A DNA stretch of 64,000 bases, taken from assembly GCA_017309115.1 (NCBI GenBank), contig JAFLEF010000037.1:4350-68349 (forward strand), in the 5' to 3' direction. Shown here piece after piece: positions 1 to 8,965 of this stretch (positions within the stretch are counted from its first letter, which is position 1; every line of letters starts with the position of its first letter). The translations under genes were made by a program, and so were the position numbers. A model generated the notes under the pieces. That model did no database searches and was not told where the DNA came from. It worked only from the letters and a program-made list of their open reading frames with translations. The DNA is from Verrucomicrobiota bacterium. GTDB lineage: Bacteria > Verrucomicrobiota > Verrucomicrobiia > Limisphaerales > UBA9464.

Positions 1-311
1 TTGACACGCACCGCCAAAGGCACGGTGTATTCGAGGTTGTTGACGAAATTGTAGGGATCGGCTTGGGCTTGGGCAGAGCTGCTGGTGAACAGGCGGAGCC
101 GAACGCAGTTCAACCCCCGGGCGCGCAGAAGAGTCGGTGCGTCACCAGCTTGACCCGCTTCGCGATAGACGATTCCGCGATCCTCGAAGAAGCGGAGGTG
201 CGAGAGATCAGCACCGGCGAGGAATTCCCCGGCGTTCAACCTCAAACCAGAAAAAGCCGTGACCGTTAACACGGCCACGGCCAACCACCGGATGACGAGC
301 AACCCGTTCAC
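1..311 (-). CDS. Glycoside hydrolase family 53 (arabinogalactan endo-beta-1,4-galactanase), N-terminal part; gene runs off the left edge
   Basis: My own minus-strand translation; it is absent from the ORF track because it is truncated. GTG at 311 gives MNGLLVIRWLAVAVLTVTAFSG (signal peptide), then EFLAGADLSHLRFFEDRGIVYREAGQAGDAPTLLRARGLNCVRLRLF...DPYNFVNNLEYTVPLAVRVK. This resembles the GADxSxL...GxNxVRLRxW N-terminus I recall for GH53. GTGA overlap with the stop of the upstream gene at 308. Confidence 0.55.
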   Translation of the reverse strand, partial: MNGLLVIRWLAVAVLTVTAFSGLRLNAGEFLAGADLSHLRFFEDRGIVYREAGQAGDAPTLLRARGLNCVRLRLFTSSSAQAQADPYNFVNNLEYTVPLAVRV

Positions 312-1603
312 AGGCTAAACAACCGGAACAACGCTGAACTCGCCCCGACTTCAAGCGTGACCGAGCCCTGCCCTTGAGTGTTGGGGACATCCTGCCAAAC
401 CGCACCATTGAGGCTTCCGGCCGTCTGCAACCGGATCTGGGGGCTGGCCGTCCAAGTGATGGTGATCTGCCCGTTCGTGGGCTGGCTGATCGTGATCGGG
501 CCCAATTGATTCACGTTGTTGAAGTATACCAACGGCAGGGTTTGCGGATCGGTGCTGGCCAGCGAGAAGACTCGGTTGTCGGCTCCGTTGGGTCCCACAT
601 TGACTTCCCACGTCGAACCATTGAGGACGAACTTGTAGTAGAGAACCGCGCCCGCAGTGGTGGTGAGGTCGAAGGTGCCAGTCCAGACGTTGGGATTCGA
701 CTCGCTCCGGTTCAGGATCGAGGCGGTGGGGTTCCAATTGTTCAGCAGATCCCCCGCGACCGAGGCCGTTCCCAGTTCCGGGTCGAAGGTGCCCTGCGCG
801 ATGGGAATTGAGAGATCAACTTGGAAGGTGAGCGGGACAATCGACGGAACGACGGGGAGGTTGTTGAAGTACACCGGCGGCAACGTCTGCGGACCGCTGA
901 CCAGGGTCAGTTGACGGTTTTGGGCTCCGTTCGCTCCGACGTTACCCTCCCACGTGCTGCCGTTCATAACGAACTTGAAAGCAACTCCGCTGTTAACGGC
1001 ACCCGAGAGTGTTTGAGTACCTACCCAAAGGTTGGGATCCGATCCGCTGCGGGATAAGGGGGACGCGGTGGGATTCCAGCCATTGAACTCACCCGCCACC
1101 GTGACCGTGTCGGATTCCGGGTTGAAGTTCCCCATCTCCGTTTGAACCGACATGTTGACTTGGAAGGTGACGTCCGAGGTCACGGCCGTGCCGCCGCTGA
1201 CGTTGTTGAAGTAGACCACGGGCAGCGTTTGATCCGTGTCGGAGATTGTCAGGGTACGGTTTCCGGTGCCCCCACCAGTGCCAACGTTCCCCTCCCAGAC
1301 CTGGCCCGTGCCCGTCGCCAGGAGGAACTTGTACTGCCCGGTTTCGCCGGCCGTGCCCGAGACGTCATAAGTGCCGACGAAAATGGAAGGATTACCGGGG
1401 CTGGGAGTGAGCGGCGACTCGGTGGGACTCCAGCCATTGAGAGGATCCCCAGCGACGAAGACGCCGTCGGTGGCTGGATTAAAGGCGCCGAGCGCGGTCT
1501 GCACCGACAGATCCACCTGGAAGGTGACCGGAGCGGCGACGGTGGCGGTGACGACGGTCGCCAGCAAACATCCGGCGGCGATCAAACGGGTTAAGTGATT
1601 CAT
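308..1603 (-). CDS. Secreted protein with four tandem ~100-aa CBM20/E-set-like carbohydrate-binding repeats and a C-terminal FRL-type module
   Basis: ORF 308..1627 (GTG). The ATG at 1603 gives MNHLTRLIAAGCLLATVV, a signal peptide. Four repeats follow the pattern (V/L)TFQV(D/N)(L/M)S(V/I)...G.F(N/D)P..(D/G).(V/A).VAG..NGW(S/N)PT.S.L......NP..(W/F)(V/T)GT...(Y/F)KF......WEGNVG...NR. The protein ends SSALFRLFSL. Confidence 0.6.
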   Translation of the reverse strand: MNHLTRLIAAGCLLATVVTATVAAPVTFQVDLSVQTALGAFNPATDGVFVAGDPLNGWSPTESPLTPSPGNPSIFVGTYDVSGTAGETGQYKFLLATGTGQVWEGNVGTGGGTGNRTLTISDTDQTLPVVYFNNVSGGTAVTSDVTFQVNMSVQTEMGNFNPESDTVTVAGEFNGWNPTASPLSRSGSDPNLWVGTQTLSGAVNSGVAFKFVMNGSTWEGNVGANGAQNRQLTLVSGPQTLPPVYFNNLPVVPSIVPLTFQVDLSIPIAQGTFDPELGTASVAGDLLNNWNPTASILNRSESNPNVWTGTFDLTTTAGAVLYYKFVLNGSTWEVNVGPNGADNRVFSLASTDPQTLPLVYFNNVNQLGPITISQPTNGQITITWTASPQIRLQTAGSLNGAVWQDVPNTQGQGSVTLEVGASSALFRLFSL

Positions 1604-1804
1604 AGAAGGAATTTCTTCTCTGTACACGAGACCCGTCGGAAGTCACTGGTGGGAATTTTGGGAACGTTTTCTTTTGCGTTCTGTCCGGAGTTGTTTCGGT
1701 GCGCTAGCGATTGGCCAGCCGCGAGGACGGTGCAAGTTCGCGGGTCGCTGGCAGGTAAACTTTTGTTCACTTGCTGACGGCGACCTCTTCCGCAGGATTT
1801 CGCG

Positions 1805-2590
1805 GTGCAATTAAATCGGCGTGAACTGACCGTTCTCTCCGCCATCGTCCTCGGATGGGCGTGTCTACCCCTGGGCATTCACTTCCTGGCTCCCCAATAT
1901 TCCGACCAAACCGGTCCGGTCATGCTGGGTGGCGGAGTGGTGGCAGCCCTGGCAGCCTTCCAATTCCTTTGGGTCCACAGTCAGCGACTGGTCGGAGAAA
2001 CCACTCGTCGTCTGGCGGCATTCGGGTTCGTCGAGGTCTCCCTGCCCTTCCAACCAGACCTCTCCTGGTTTCCCGCAGAGCATCGGGCCAAGAATCCCCG
2101 AATCGACGGGTTCGCCGTGGCCGGTAACGACTCCCTGCGATCGGTATACCAGCGGAATCAAAAAGATGTACGGACCACGCTGTTTGGCTATCGCTATTCC
2201 ACCGGCGGACCACGAAGCCTGGCCGGATTCCAAGCCGTCCGTTTCGAATGCCCCAACTGGAATTGGCCAAGCTTCTCCGCGGCGCGAGCTGATGCCTCGT
2301 CCCAAGGATTTCCCGTGGAAGGTTGGACCCGCGTTCAATTCCCGGAGGATCCTCGCTTCTCCCGTGACTGGTGGATTCAGGCGCCGCACGTCGAGCCAGT
2401 CCGGATACTGTTTTCTGCGCCGGTTCGGGACGCACTTGAGAACCATGCGGATTTCCGAGTCTCAGCCGAGGGACAACTCGTCACGGTCTATTGTGCCCAC
2501 TTGAGGCTGGTCCCGGGCGAGGCGGAACAACTGCTTGAACACGCCGGGCAGTTGGTGACCTCCTTGACCCAAATGCATCAGCAACCGTGA
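1805..2590 (+). CDS. Hypothetical membrane protein
   Basis: 261-aa ORF with a GTG start. Two N-terminal hydrophobic segments (LTVLSAIVLGWACLPLGIHFL and VMLGGGVVAALAAFQFLWV) are followed by a ~180-aa soluble region. No family recognised. Confidence 0.5.
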   Translation: MQLNRRELTVLSAIVLGWACLPLGIHFLAPQYSDQTGPVMLGGGVVAALAAFQFLWVHSQRLVGETTRRLAAFGFVEVSLPFQPDLSWFPAEHRAKNPRIDGFAVAGNDSLRSVYQRNQKDVRTTLFGYRYSTGGPRSLAGFQAVRFECPNWNWPSFSAARADASSQGFPVEGWTRVQFPEDPRFSRDWWIQAPHVEPVRILFSAPVRDALENHADFRVSAEGQLVTVYCAHLRLVPGEAEQLLEHAGQLVTSLTQMHQQP

Positions 2591-2609
2591 GGCGACGGAT
2601 GCTTGAGGC

Positions 2610-3881
2610 CTACTGCGGCAGCGGGCCGGTCCAGCGCTCCGGCCTTACCAACAAGGAAGTGATCACGAATCGACGGTGGTCGTCGAAAGCTGCACCAAAT
2701 AAGCACAGCCAGGATTCCTTGAAGCCCGGGAGTCGCTCCAACCGAAGAGTGGTCTCGCCCTCGGCCGACGGAACCATTTGGAGGGACAACGGCAGATCCA
2801 ACTCGGGCACGCTCGCCTTCAATTCCTTCCATTCTTGAGCCGACAGTGCGGCAGGTTCCCAGCCCGGCCGCAGCCGAACGCTCTGGGCGAGCAACTCCCG
2901 CAGGCGCGGCGGGAGCTGGGACACCGGCACCGCCACCACTTCGACGTCGGCTTCAAACCGGGTCTCGGGGAACGAGAGCGGCTCCCCCTCCGGCCAGAAA
3001 ACTTCGAGTTGTACGCCAGGCAGAACCTCCGCGAGCGGCCGCGGATGGGCCACCGGCACCTCCCGGGCGGACGGAAATGGATCGTACTCGTGCTCGCGCC
3101 AAACGGTGGACGCGGACACGTGTCGCACCACGATGGACCGACCTCCCGGCCACGCTTGGGGAGTGGTCTGACGCCAGCCATCCCAGTGGTGCTTCTGTTG
3201 AGCCTCAAACAGGCGAATGATCGGCACCTCCACCCGGACGAACTCCAGATCCACCCGTCGCAGCGTCGACCACAAGGGAGCTGAGCCACGCAACGGTTGG
3301 GCTCCCAGTCCACTGGGCCGCAGCACGCCGCGCATCGACTCCGCGGCGCACTGCAATCCGAAGCCAGAGTCCAGCTTGGGCGCTGCGGACGTCCAGCGCT
3401 CGAACTCGAAGGTTCCCGTCCGGCGGGCAATCACCCGCACCGTCTCCAATTGGTAAGCATGATAGTCCCCATCGGGATCACGCAGTGACGCCGTAAAGGT
3501 CAAGTTCGATCCGGTCGCTGTAAGCCGCTGCCGAAACGAGTGAAACTCTTCCCGGTTCACCTGAATCAGTTCCTTCGAACGTCCGCCAATCCAGCCGCCG
3601 AGGAAACCAAGGTGCCAGGTCTTCTTTACGTCACGCTCCCGATACGGACGATAAACGCACTCCACGGCGTACGACTCACCGGGCACGGCCGCGCCCCGAA
3701 GCGTGAACTGAATCTCGCCCGCATCAATGGGCTGCCCCAAAGGATGGACGCTGGGATCAACGGCGGTCACAGGGATAACGAAGGAAAGTACGGCCATCCA
3801 GCAACCGAAGGCAAAACCAGGAAACCACCGCGTTCGCCATCCGCGACTCCGTGCCACTTCCCACAGCTTGGAGGGATTCAT
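2610..3881 (-). CDS. Hypothetical membrane-anchored or secreted protein
   Basis: 423-aa ORF with an ATG start. N-terminal hydrophobic anchor WFPGFAFGCWMAVLSFVIPVTA. No recognisable domain. It is the last gene of a co-directional run, 6055 to 2610. Confidence 0.55.
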   Translation of the reverse strand: MNPSKLWEVARSRGWRTRWFPGFAFGCWMAVLSFVIPVTAVDPSVHPLGQPIDAGEIQFTLRGAAVPGESYAVECVYRPYRERDVKKTWHLGFLGGWIGGRSKELIQVNREEFHSFRQRLTATGSNLTFTASLRDPDGDYHAYQLETVRVIARRTGTFEFERWTSAAPKLDSGFGLQCAAESMRGVLRPSGLGAQPLRGSAPLWSTLRRVDLEFVRVEVPIIRLFEAQQKHHWDGWRQTTPQAWPGGRSIVVRHVSASTVWREHEYDPFPSAREVPVAHPRPLAEVLPGVQLEVFWPEGEPLSFPETRFEADVEVVAVPVSQLPPRLRELLAQSVRLRPGWEPAALSAQEWKELKASVPELDLPLSLQMVPSAEGETTLRLERLPGFKESWLCLFGAAFDDHRRFVITSLLVRPERWTGPLPQ

Positions 3882-3887
3882 CCGGAT

Positions 3888-4043
3888 TCAATCCACTCCT
3901 TCGTCTCCGGCTTCAAACGCGTCAGGGTCCCGGAGCGTTTGGAGGAGCTTCTGCAGTTCATACACGTCGGCCCGCCATCGTTTCAGCCCGAACGTCCCGT
4001 TGGCCCAGATACCCACCAGTCCGACAAGCCACGTTGCGTTCAT
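3888..4043 (-). CDS. Possible unannotated 51-aa small membrane protein
   Basis: My own translation; it falls below the ORF-track size cutoff. Sequence: MNATWLVGLVGIWANGTFGLKRWRADVYELQKLLQTLRDPDAFEAGDEGVD. Hydrophobic N-terminus and charged tail. It exactly fills the gap between the 660-aa and 423-aa genes. Its TGA lies two codons before, and in frame with, the next ATG. No clear Shine-Dalgarno sequence. Confidence 0.25.
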   Translation of the reverse strand: MNATWLVGLVGIWANGTFGLKRWRADVYELQKLLQTLRDPDAFEAGDEGVD

Positions 4044-4084
4044 GATCGACAAAGTCGGTTACGTCGGCCGCGCCCGGCTCAGCC

Positions 4085-6055
4085 CTACTTCCGCCACAGG
4101 GAAACGCTGTTCGTACTCCCGGTGGCGACGTTCACCAGGACCAGAATGGGCTCGGGGACTTTGTTCGGAATTGGCGGGCGCTCACCAATCAAGGCGATGA
4201 CCTCCGTACCGGGTAGCACTTGTTCCAATCGTCCGATGCCGGTGGTCGCTTTCCAGATCGCCTCGCCCGTGGGTGAAAGTCGCGTCAGGGTGTACGGAGC
4301 GAAGAGTTCTGTTCCCAGGCGAGACAGCAAAAAGACGCTGTCAGGATTCTGCACCCGCAGAATTTTTCCTCGGGGTTGAGACCGCAGGAAGTTCGCCTGC
4401 CGATACTCGGTCGCGGAGAGCCGTTGACGTGTCAGGATTGGAGGGCGCGCTTCCCTGGCATCCGCTGTGCCGCCATACAGAGTTCGTAGCCGATCCTTTT
4501 CGCCCGCATTGAACTCCCGGGGCATTGAATATCTGGGCCTCCAGTCACTTTCGGCCTCCTCGGCGGTAGCCACCGCAATCCACGCGTTGGTGGCGATCCA
4601 TCCGCCGGAACAGAGGCTGATTTCGATTCGGCCGTTACCCTGTTCGTCCACCCAAGAACCCCGCGGCGGGGGCGGACAGGCGTTCGCCTTGAAGGTATCC
4701 ACCGGGAACGCATAGGCCTTGCTCCAGTCCGGCGACACCGCCACCAACTGCTCATTGAACTCCGTTCGCGCCGAATTCAGGAACAACTCCAACTCAGGGT
4801 TCAACCGCTTCAGATCCGCGCTTCGCAGGATCCTCCCGGTCTGAAAATTGACAGCAAACAGATCGAGAGCTTGGACCCAAACCACCTCTCCCTCCACACC
4901 CAAGATTCTGGTCATGGGGGTCAGCGCATTCGCCTGCTGCTGACGAATCAGGGTGAACACCTTCAGTTGCTCCGGATTCGCCGTCGGCACCACCAACAGA
5001 TCAATGCGAAAGCGGTCTTTGCCCGGCGCCCGATGCAAACTCGGCAGATACCGCTCGACCGTGCTGATCAATTGAAACACATGGGTGGGAGTCCGCATGG
5101 CCGGTCCCAGTGGAACCCCAGTGGATTTGATCGACACAAATTGCCAGGCCGCCAAGGCAACCCCGATGGCCACCAGCACCCCGACCAACAAAATCTTGGC
5201 CAAGGGCGACGAATAGAGCGGAGCCATCGCTCCCACACCCAGCACCGGCGGCACCAACGCTGCGCTTGCCAACTGGCTACCGCCCCCGCGCCGCTTCTCG
5301 GTCGCAGGCGACGCCTGATTCATCCGCCGGAGAATCAGTTTCCACGCGTCCAATTCGGACAATCCCTCCGGGCCGGCGTGCTGGACGACGTCGAATCGGC
5401 AGAACTCCCACAACATCTTGAGGAATGCCGCCTCGTCCGGAAATTCGCTCTGACCCGGGTAATCCCCGTAATCGGACCGAACGAACTTCCCCTGACGCCA
5501 GCCGATGTGGGTTCCGCCCTCCTTGTGGGACTTGCTATAGGTGCCACCCCGCTTCAAGCCCTCCACAATCATCTGTTGCACCGCCGCGACGGACGCCAGA
5601 TGCCTCTGTGCCTGCAGCGCCTCTTCACCCTGCTGACGGTAAAGCTCGATGAGGTTTTCGGCGGGCGCGGGTGGCTTCGCTGACACCAGGTCCCGGGTCC
5701 ACAGCGAATACCAACTCTCTGACGCCTTCCGGTGATACTCGTGATGTGCGGTCTGGGTGTCGGCCCATGACGCCTCGGTCCGCAGCGAATAACAGAGATC
5801 GTATTTCTGCGCCGCGAGAAAGAGCAATTCGAACTGATAACGCGCCCCATTAACGTGGGCCGCAGCCTCCCATTTCCACTGGGAACCTTCCCTCGACGGG
5901 CGGAACAGAACCATCAATTCCCGCTCCAACGCGCCTACGATCAAAACGGGGGGCCGCGGGTCGCGGAAGTACAAAACTCGCGTCCAGCCGGTGGCGGTCT
6001 CCGTCTTTCCCGATTCCGGGTGTCCGTCAGCGTTACGACTCATTGGGGTGGGCAT
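4085..6055 (-). CDS. Hypothetical bitopic membrane protein
   Basis: ORF 4085..6067 (TTG), with ATG options at 6055 and 6043. A central TM helix, LAKILLVGVLVAIGVALAAWQFV, separates an N-terminal region of ~290 aa from a C-terminal region of ~330 aa. No family recognised. Confidence 0.6.
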   Translation of the reverse strand: MPTPMSRNADGHPESGKTETATGWTRVLYFRDPRPPVLIVGALERELMVLFRPSREGSQWKWEAAAHVNGARYQFELLFLAAQKYDLCYSLRTEASWADTQTAHHEYHRKASESWYSLWTRDLVSAKPPAPAENLIELYRQQGEEALQAQRHLASVAAVQQMIVEGLKRGGTYSKSHKEGGTHIGWRQGKFVRSDYGDYPGQSEFPDEAAFLKMLWEFCRFDVVQHAGPEGLSELDAWKLILRRMNQASPATEKRRGGGSQLASAALVPPVLGVGAMAPLYSSPLAKILLVGVLVAIGVALAAWQFVSIKSTGVPLGPAMRTPTHVFQLISTVERYLPSLHRAPGKDRFRIDLLVVPTANPEQLKVFTLIRQQQANALTPMTRILGVEGEVVWVQALDLFAVNFQTGRILRSADLKRLNPELELFLNSARTEFNEQLVAVSPDWSKAYAFPVDTFKANACPPPPRGSWVDEQGNGRIEISLCSGGWIATNAWIAVATAEEAESDWRPRYSMPREFNAGEKDRLRTLYGGTADAREARPPILTRQRLSATEYRQANFLRSQPRGKILRVQNPDSVFLLSRLGTELFAPYTLTRLSPTGEAIWKATTGIGRLEQVLPGTEVIALIGERPPIPNKVPEPILVLVNVATGSTNSVSLWRK

Positions 6056-6250
6056 GGGCTGACCCAAACCACAAATCCCACCACCAGGATATTAGGGGCT
6101 CAGTTCAGCGAGAGAGCCGTTCTACACGCTGCGGGACGCCTGGAAATAGGACTTTGGGCGGTGGTCCAAATGGACCAGACCCATCCGAGCCCCTGGACCC
6201 GCTGAAAGCTTCCCTTGGGAATCCGCAAGCGACTGGACCGCGAGCTAGGC

Positions 6251-8416
6251 TCACTGCGGTGACACTCGGAAAAACTCAGGATTCCCACCAATGGCACCTG
6301 GTTCTGGCAAAGGCAAGTCAGTGGTCCCGATCGGAAGATCCTCCGTCGCGACGGGCGCCCAAGTCTTCAGATCCAATGACCGCTCCAAAACGACACGCTG
6401 CGGACGGGTAGCTTGAATGCGCAGCTTCTGCGGTCCCGCCCCCGGATCGGGCAACGCCGTTTGCAAAGGAGGCGACATCTGGGCGTTCAGGGTGATCCAG
6501 AAATCAGAGCTCTGATTGGAATCCACCACGAGATAGTAGGTGGTTCCTGCGGTCGCCAGGAAACGCCGCGGTGAGATGCTTTCGGAGGTCAACCAGTCTG
6601 GAAGGGCATTCGGTGCCGCCACTAAGGATTCCGTCGAATCCCCGTGAAGCACGCGCAGTCGGGGTGGCGTGAAGGTGGTCGTCCAAGGAACCAGCGCGGC
6701 ATGCACCGGCCCCGTCACCGGTGATGTCCAGCGCCACCAGACCTCCGCGCGCTCCGAAGTCAACTCGCCCGTGGCTCCCACCAAGGTCCCGGGCACCGAC
6801 ACAAATAGGCCTTCGATAACAGTCGCCTGGGCAAAGGCGTCATTGGCTGGTGGTCGTGTAAACAGATCCTCTACCGGAAACCGGAGCTGAATCTTGAAGT
6901 CGCCCTCGGTCGGAGCATTGGCCCCAACCTGGATGTAGTAGAGCACCCCCGCCTGCACCCGGAAGGGAACCCGGCTGCTGGTATCCGTCTCGGAACGGTC
7001 GTCGTTCTGACCTCGCACCACGCGGGGGTTGTTGGTGAACACCGAGAGCACGGTGTCCCCCGTCACTTCGGAGGTGCTCACTTCCGCCAGACCATCGGCG
7101 GGAGCGGTCCACTGGTACCAAACGGAGTTGGTGCCGCCAAAAGTTACTTCTCGCGCCGGCTGGTCACCGGTGGCGCCCCGGGTCGTTCCAGCCACCGCCG
7201 GGGCATTCGCCTCTAATACCTGCGCATTGGCAAAGGCGTCATTGGCCGGGGCGGGAGCACTGGGTCCCGGAGTCCACGGAGTCGTCCGGAAATTGAACAT
7301 CAAATTCCCAACATCCCGATTCGTGAGCGCAAACGCGTAGATCTGAAACGTCTGTCCCAACCGGGCCTCAAACTTCAGCCGACTCCAGGGCGTTCTCAAC
7401 GGATCATCCTCGCTACGCACCACCGGCGTTTGGGGTTTTCCAGCGTCTACCCGATTGACCTGCAGGGAGGTGTCGAAGGTGCTGCCAAAAGTATCTACAC
7501 TAACCAACCGGTCGGCCGGAGCCGTCCACAGGAATGAGTAACACGAAGCAATGGAAACCGACGGAAGCCGACCCAACTGAAACTCCGCCAGATCCGACGA
7601 AGCCCGCCGCAAGTCCACCACCAGCCCCTCCACGTCGCCCGTCAACCGGATCGGATTGAGCGGATCGTCACCGGGTGCCGGCCGAAGCTGCGTCAACCGG
7701 ATCGTCTGACGCGTCAACCCGTCGTCGGAATCCCGGGCGGACACCCGCAAATCGCTGGGTGGCCCAAAGAAGTCGTTCACCTGAAAGTCATAGGGAGGTG
7801 CCGTCTTGACCGCCAACGTCCGGTAGCGATTGAGCCCCGCCGGTGACGTCTCCAAAACAACTTCCACAATCGTTCCGTCGGGATCCACCACGGTAACCGG
7901 CAGGAGGAAGTTGACCGGCGCCGTCCAGTTTCCGGCCTGGGGTTCCCCAACGACCATCTCCGGGTACGCATTGAGTCGGATGACCACCTCGGAACTGGCA
8001 TTCGTGGCTCCCAAATTATCCACGGCCACCGCGGTCAGCCGATAGGTTCCGGGAACCACCGGGGCGAATGAGAACGGGAACAAGTCCGGACGGCTCCCCG
8101 GAACCGGCGGCGGGAAGAGCGGCGGCGGAAAGACCGTCGCAAAATTGGTCCCGTTGGCCCAGTACTCCACCCGGGCCACTTTGCCGTCGGCATCGGAAGT
8201 GACCGAAAAGAGCTGTACGCTCCCAAACCGCAGCAGCACCTGATTGGTCACCCCGGACCAAGTCACGGAAGGAGCCTGGTTCTCCACATTAGCCGGCACC
8301 CGAACACGGGTTCGGACCGAGGGTTCGGCGGCTCGAAGGGGATGACTTCCAGCTCCGAACCCAATGAGCCCAACCAAAACCAGAAACACCGCGGACCAAG
8401 AAAATCGAGTTTTCAT
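6251..8416 (-). CDS. Secreted protein with Ig-like domains, three pre-peptidase-C-terminal-like (PPC-like) repeats and a C-terminal FRV module
   Basis: ORF 6251..8497. The likely ATG at 8416 gives MKTRFSWSAVFLVLVGLIGFGAG, a signal peptide. Three PPC-like segments occur; two begin with an NDAFA.A motif (PANDAFANAQVL...SVWYQWTAPADG and PANDAFAQATVI...WWRWTSPVTG) and a third shows only the (W/F)LWTAPADR-type core. The protein ends NPEFFRVSPQ. Confidence 0.7.
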   Translation of the reverse strand: MKTRFSWSAVFLVLVGLIGFGAGSHPLRAAEPSVRTRVRVPANVENQAPSVTWSGVTNQVLLRFGSVQLFSVTSDADGKVARVEYWANGTNFATVFPPPLFPPPVPGSRPDLFPFSFAPVVPGTYRLTAVAVDNLGATNASSEVVIRLNAYPEMVVGEPQAGNWTAPVNFLLPVTVVDPDGTIVEVVLETSPAGLNRYRTLAVKTAPPYDFQVNDFFGPPSDLRVSARDSDDGLTRQTIRLTQLRPAPGDDPLNPIRLTGDVEGLVVDLRRASSDLAEFQLGRLPSVSIASCYSFLWTAPADRLVSVDTFGSTFDTSLQVNRVDAGKPQTPVVRSEDDPLRTPWSRLKFEARLGQTFQIYAFALTNRDVGNLMFNFRTTPWTPGPSAPAPANDAFANAQVLEANAPAVAGTTRGATGDQPAREVTFGGTNSVWYQWTAPADGLAEVSTSEVTGDTVLSVFTNNPRVVRGQNDDRSETDTSSRVPFRVQAGVLYYIQVGANAPTEGDFKIQLRFPVEDLFTRPPANDAFAQATVIEGLFVSVPGTLVGATGELTSERAEVWWRWTSPVTGPVHAALVPWTTTFTPPRLRVLHGDSTESLVAAPNALPDWLTSESISPRRFLATAGTTYYLVVDSNQSSDFWITLNAQMSPPLQTALPDPGAGPQKLRIQATRPQRVVLERSLDLKTWAPVATEDLPIGTTDLPLPEPGAIGGNPEFFRVSPQ

Positions 8417-8775
8417 CTGAGACCATCCAACGGTCCGCGAAGTCGCGTTGAAAGCAACTGTAAACCTGACGAAACCGAAGTTCCACCCCGACCCCAAGGC
8501 CGGCCCACTTCACGGAATTCCCCGCTGCCTTTCCGCGTGGTGGGACCCGGCGGGATCTTGATTGCCCGCCAGACCGCCCTGCTCAATTGAGCGGTCGTCA
8601 CCGCAGAGTTCCCCCGAAACTGGGGAATTGAGTTCCAGATCTGGGTAGCGATCTCCTGAAACAGGTCGTCCTGATCAGTGGGCGTGAACGCGTAGGCGCG
8701 AACCACCTTAAAGATCAACCCCCGATGTTGGGCCAACCAGTCGTCAAACGTCCGCTTTTGCTTTTCCTCGTCCAT
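8413..8775 (-). pseudogene. Truncated ECF sigma-70 family gene (region 2 only)
   Basis: MDEEKQKRTFDDWLAQHRGLIFKVVRAYAFTPTDQDDLFQEIATQIWNSIPQFRGNSAVTT looks like ECF sigma region 2.1-2.3. After about residue 75 the frame becomes low-complexity R/G/P-rich text and overlaps the start of the next gene. No region 4 or HTH is found in any frame. Confidence 0.4.
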
Positions 8776-8965
8776 GCCTTCAATTCACTCATCCCCATTG
8801 GTATCGCCCGGCGGTGAATTTCTTACAACTTGCAGCGCCCGACGAGAACGCCGCCTCGAAGTGGGCATGGCAAACCGACCTCTGGGATGGCATTTACCGA
8901 GTCCCAATTCGTAGGCGGGGCACCCCAATTTCCCTCGCCGGGACAACAGCCTCAGACGATCCAGA

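Noticed and set aside
63-269. A 68-aa plus-strand ORF at the left edge
   Set aside because: The opposite strand encodes a convincing signal peptide plus a GH53-like N-terminus that is translationally coupled to the upstream gene. The plus-strand ORF has no features.
3879-3890. An in-frame TGA two codons before the ATG of the 423-aa gene, which might indicate read-through or selenocysteine joining the mini-ORF and the 423-aa ORF
   Set aside because: No SECIS-like hairpin is evident just downstream. The 423-aa protein has its own ATG and N-terminal anchor. Simple tight gene spacing explains the arrangement.
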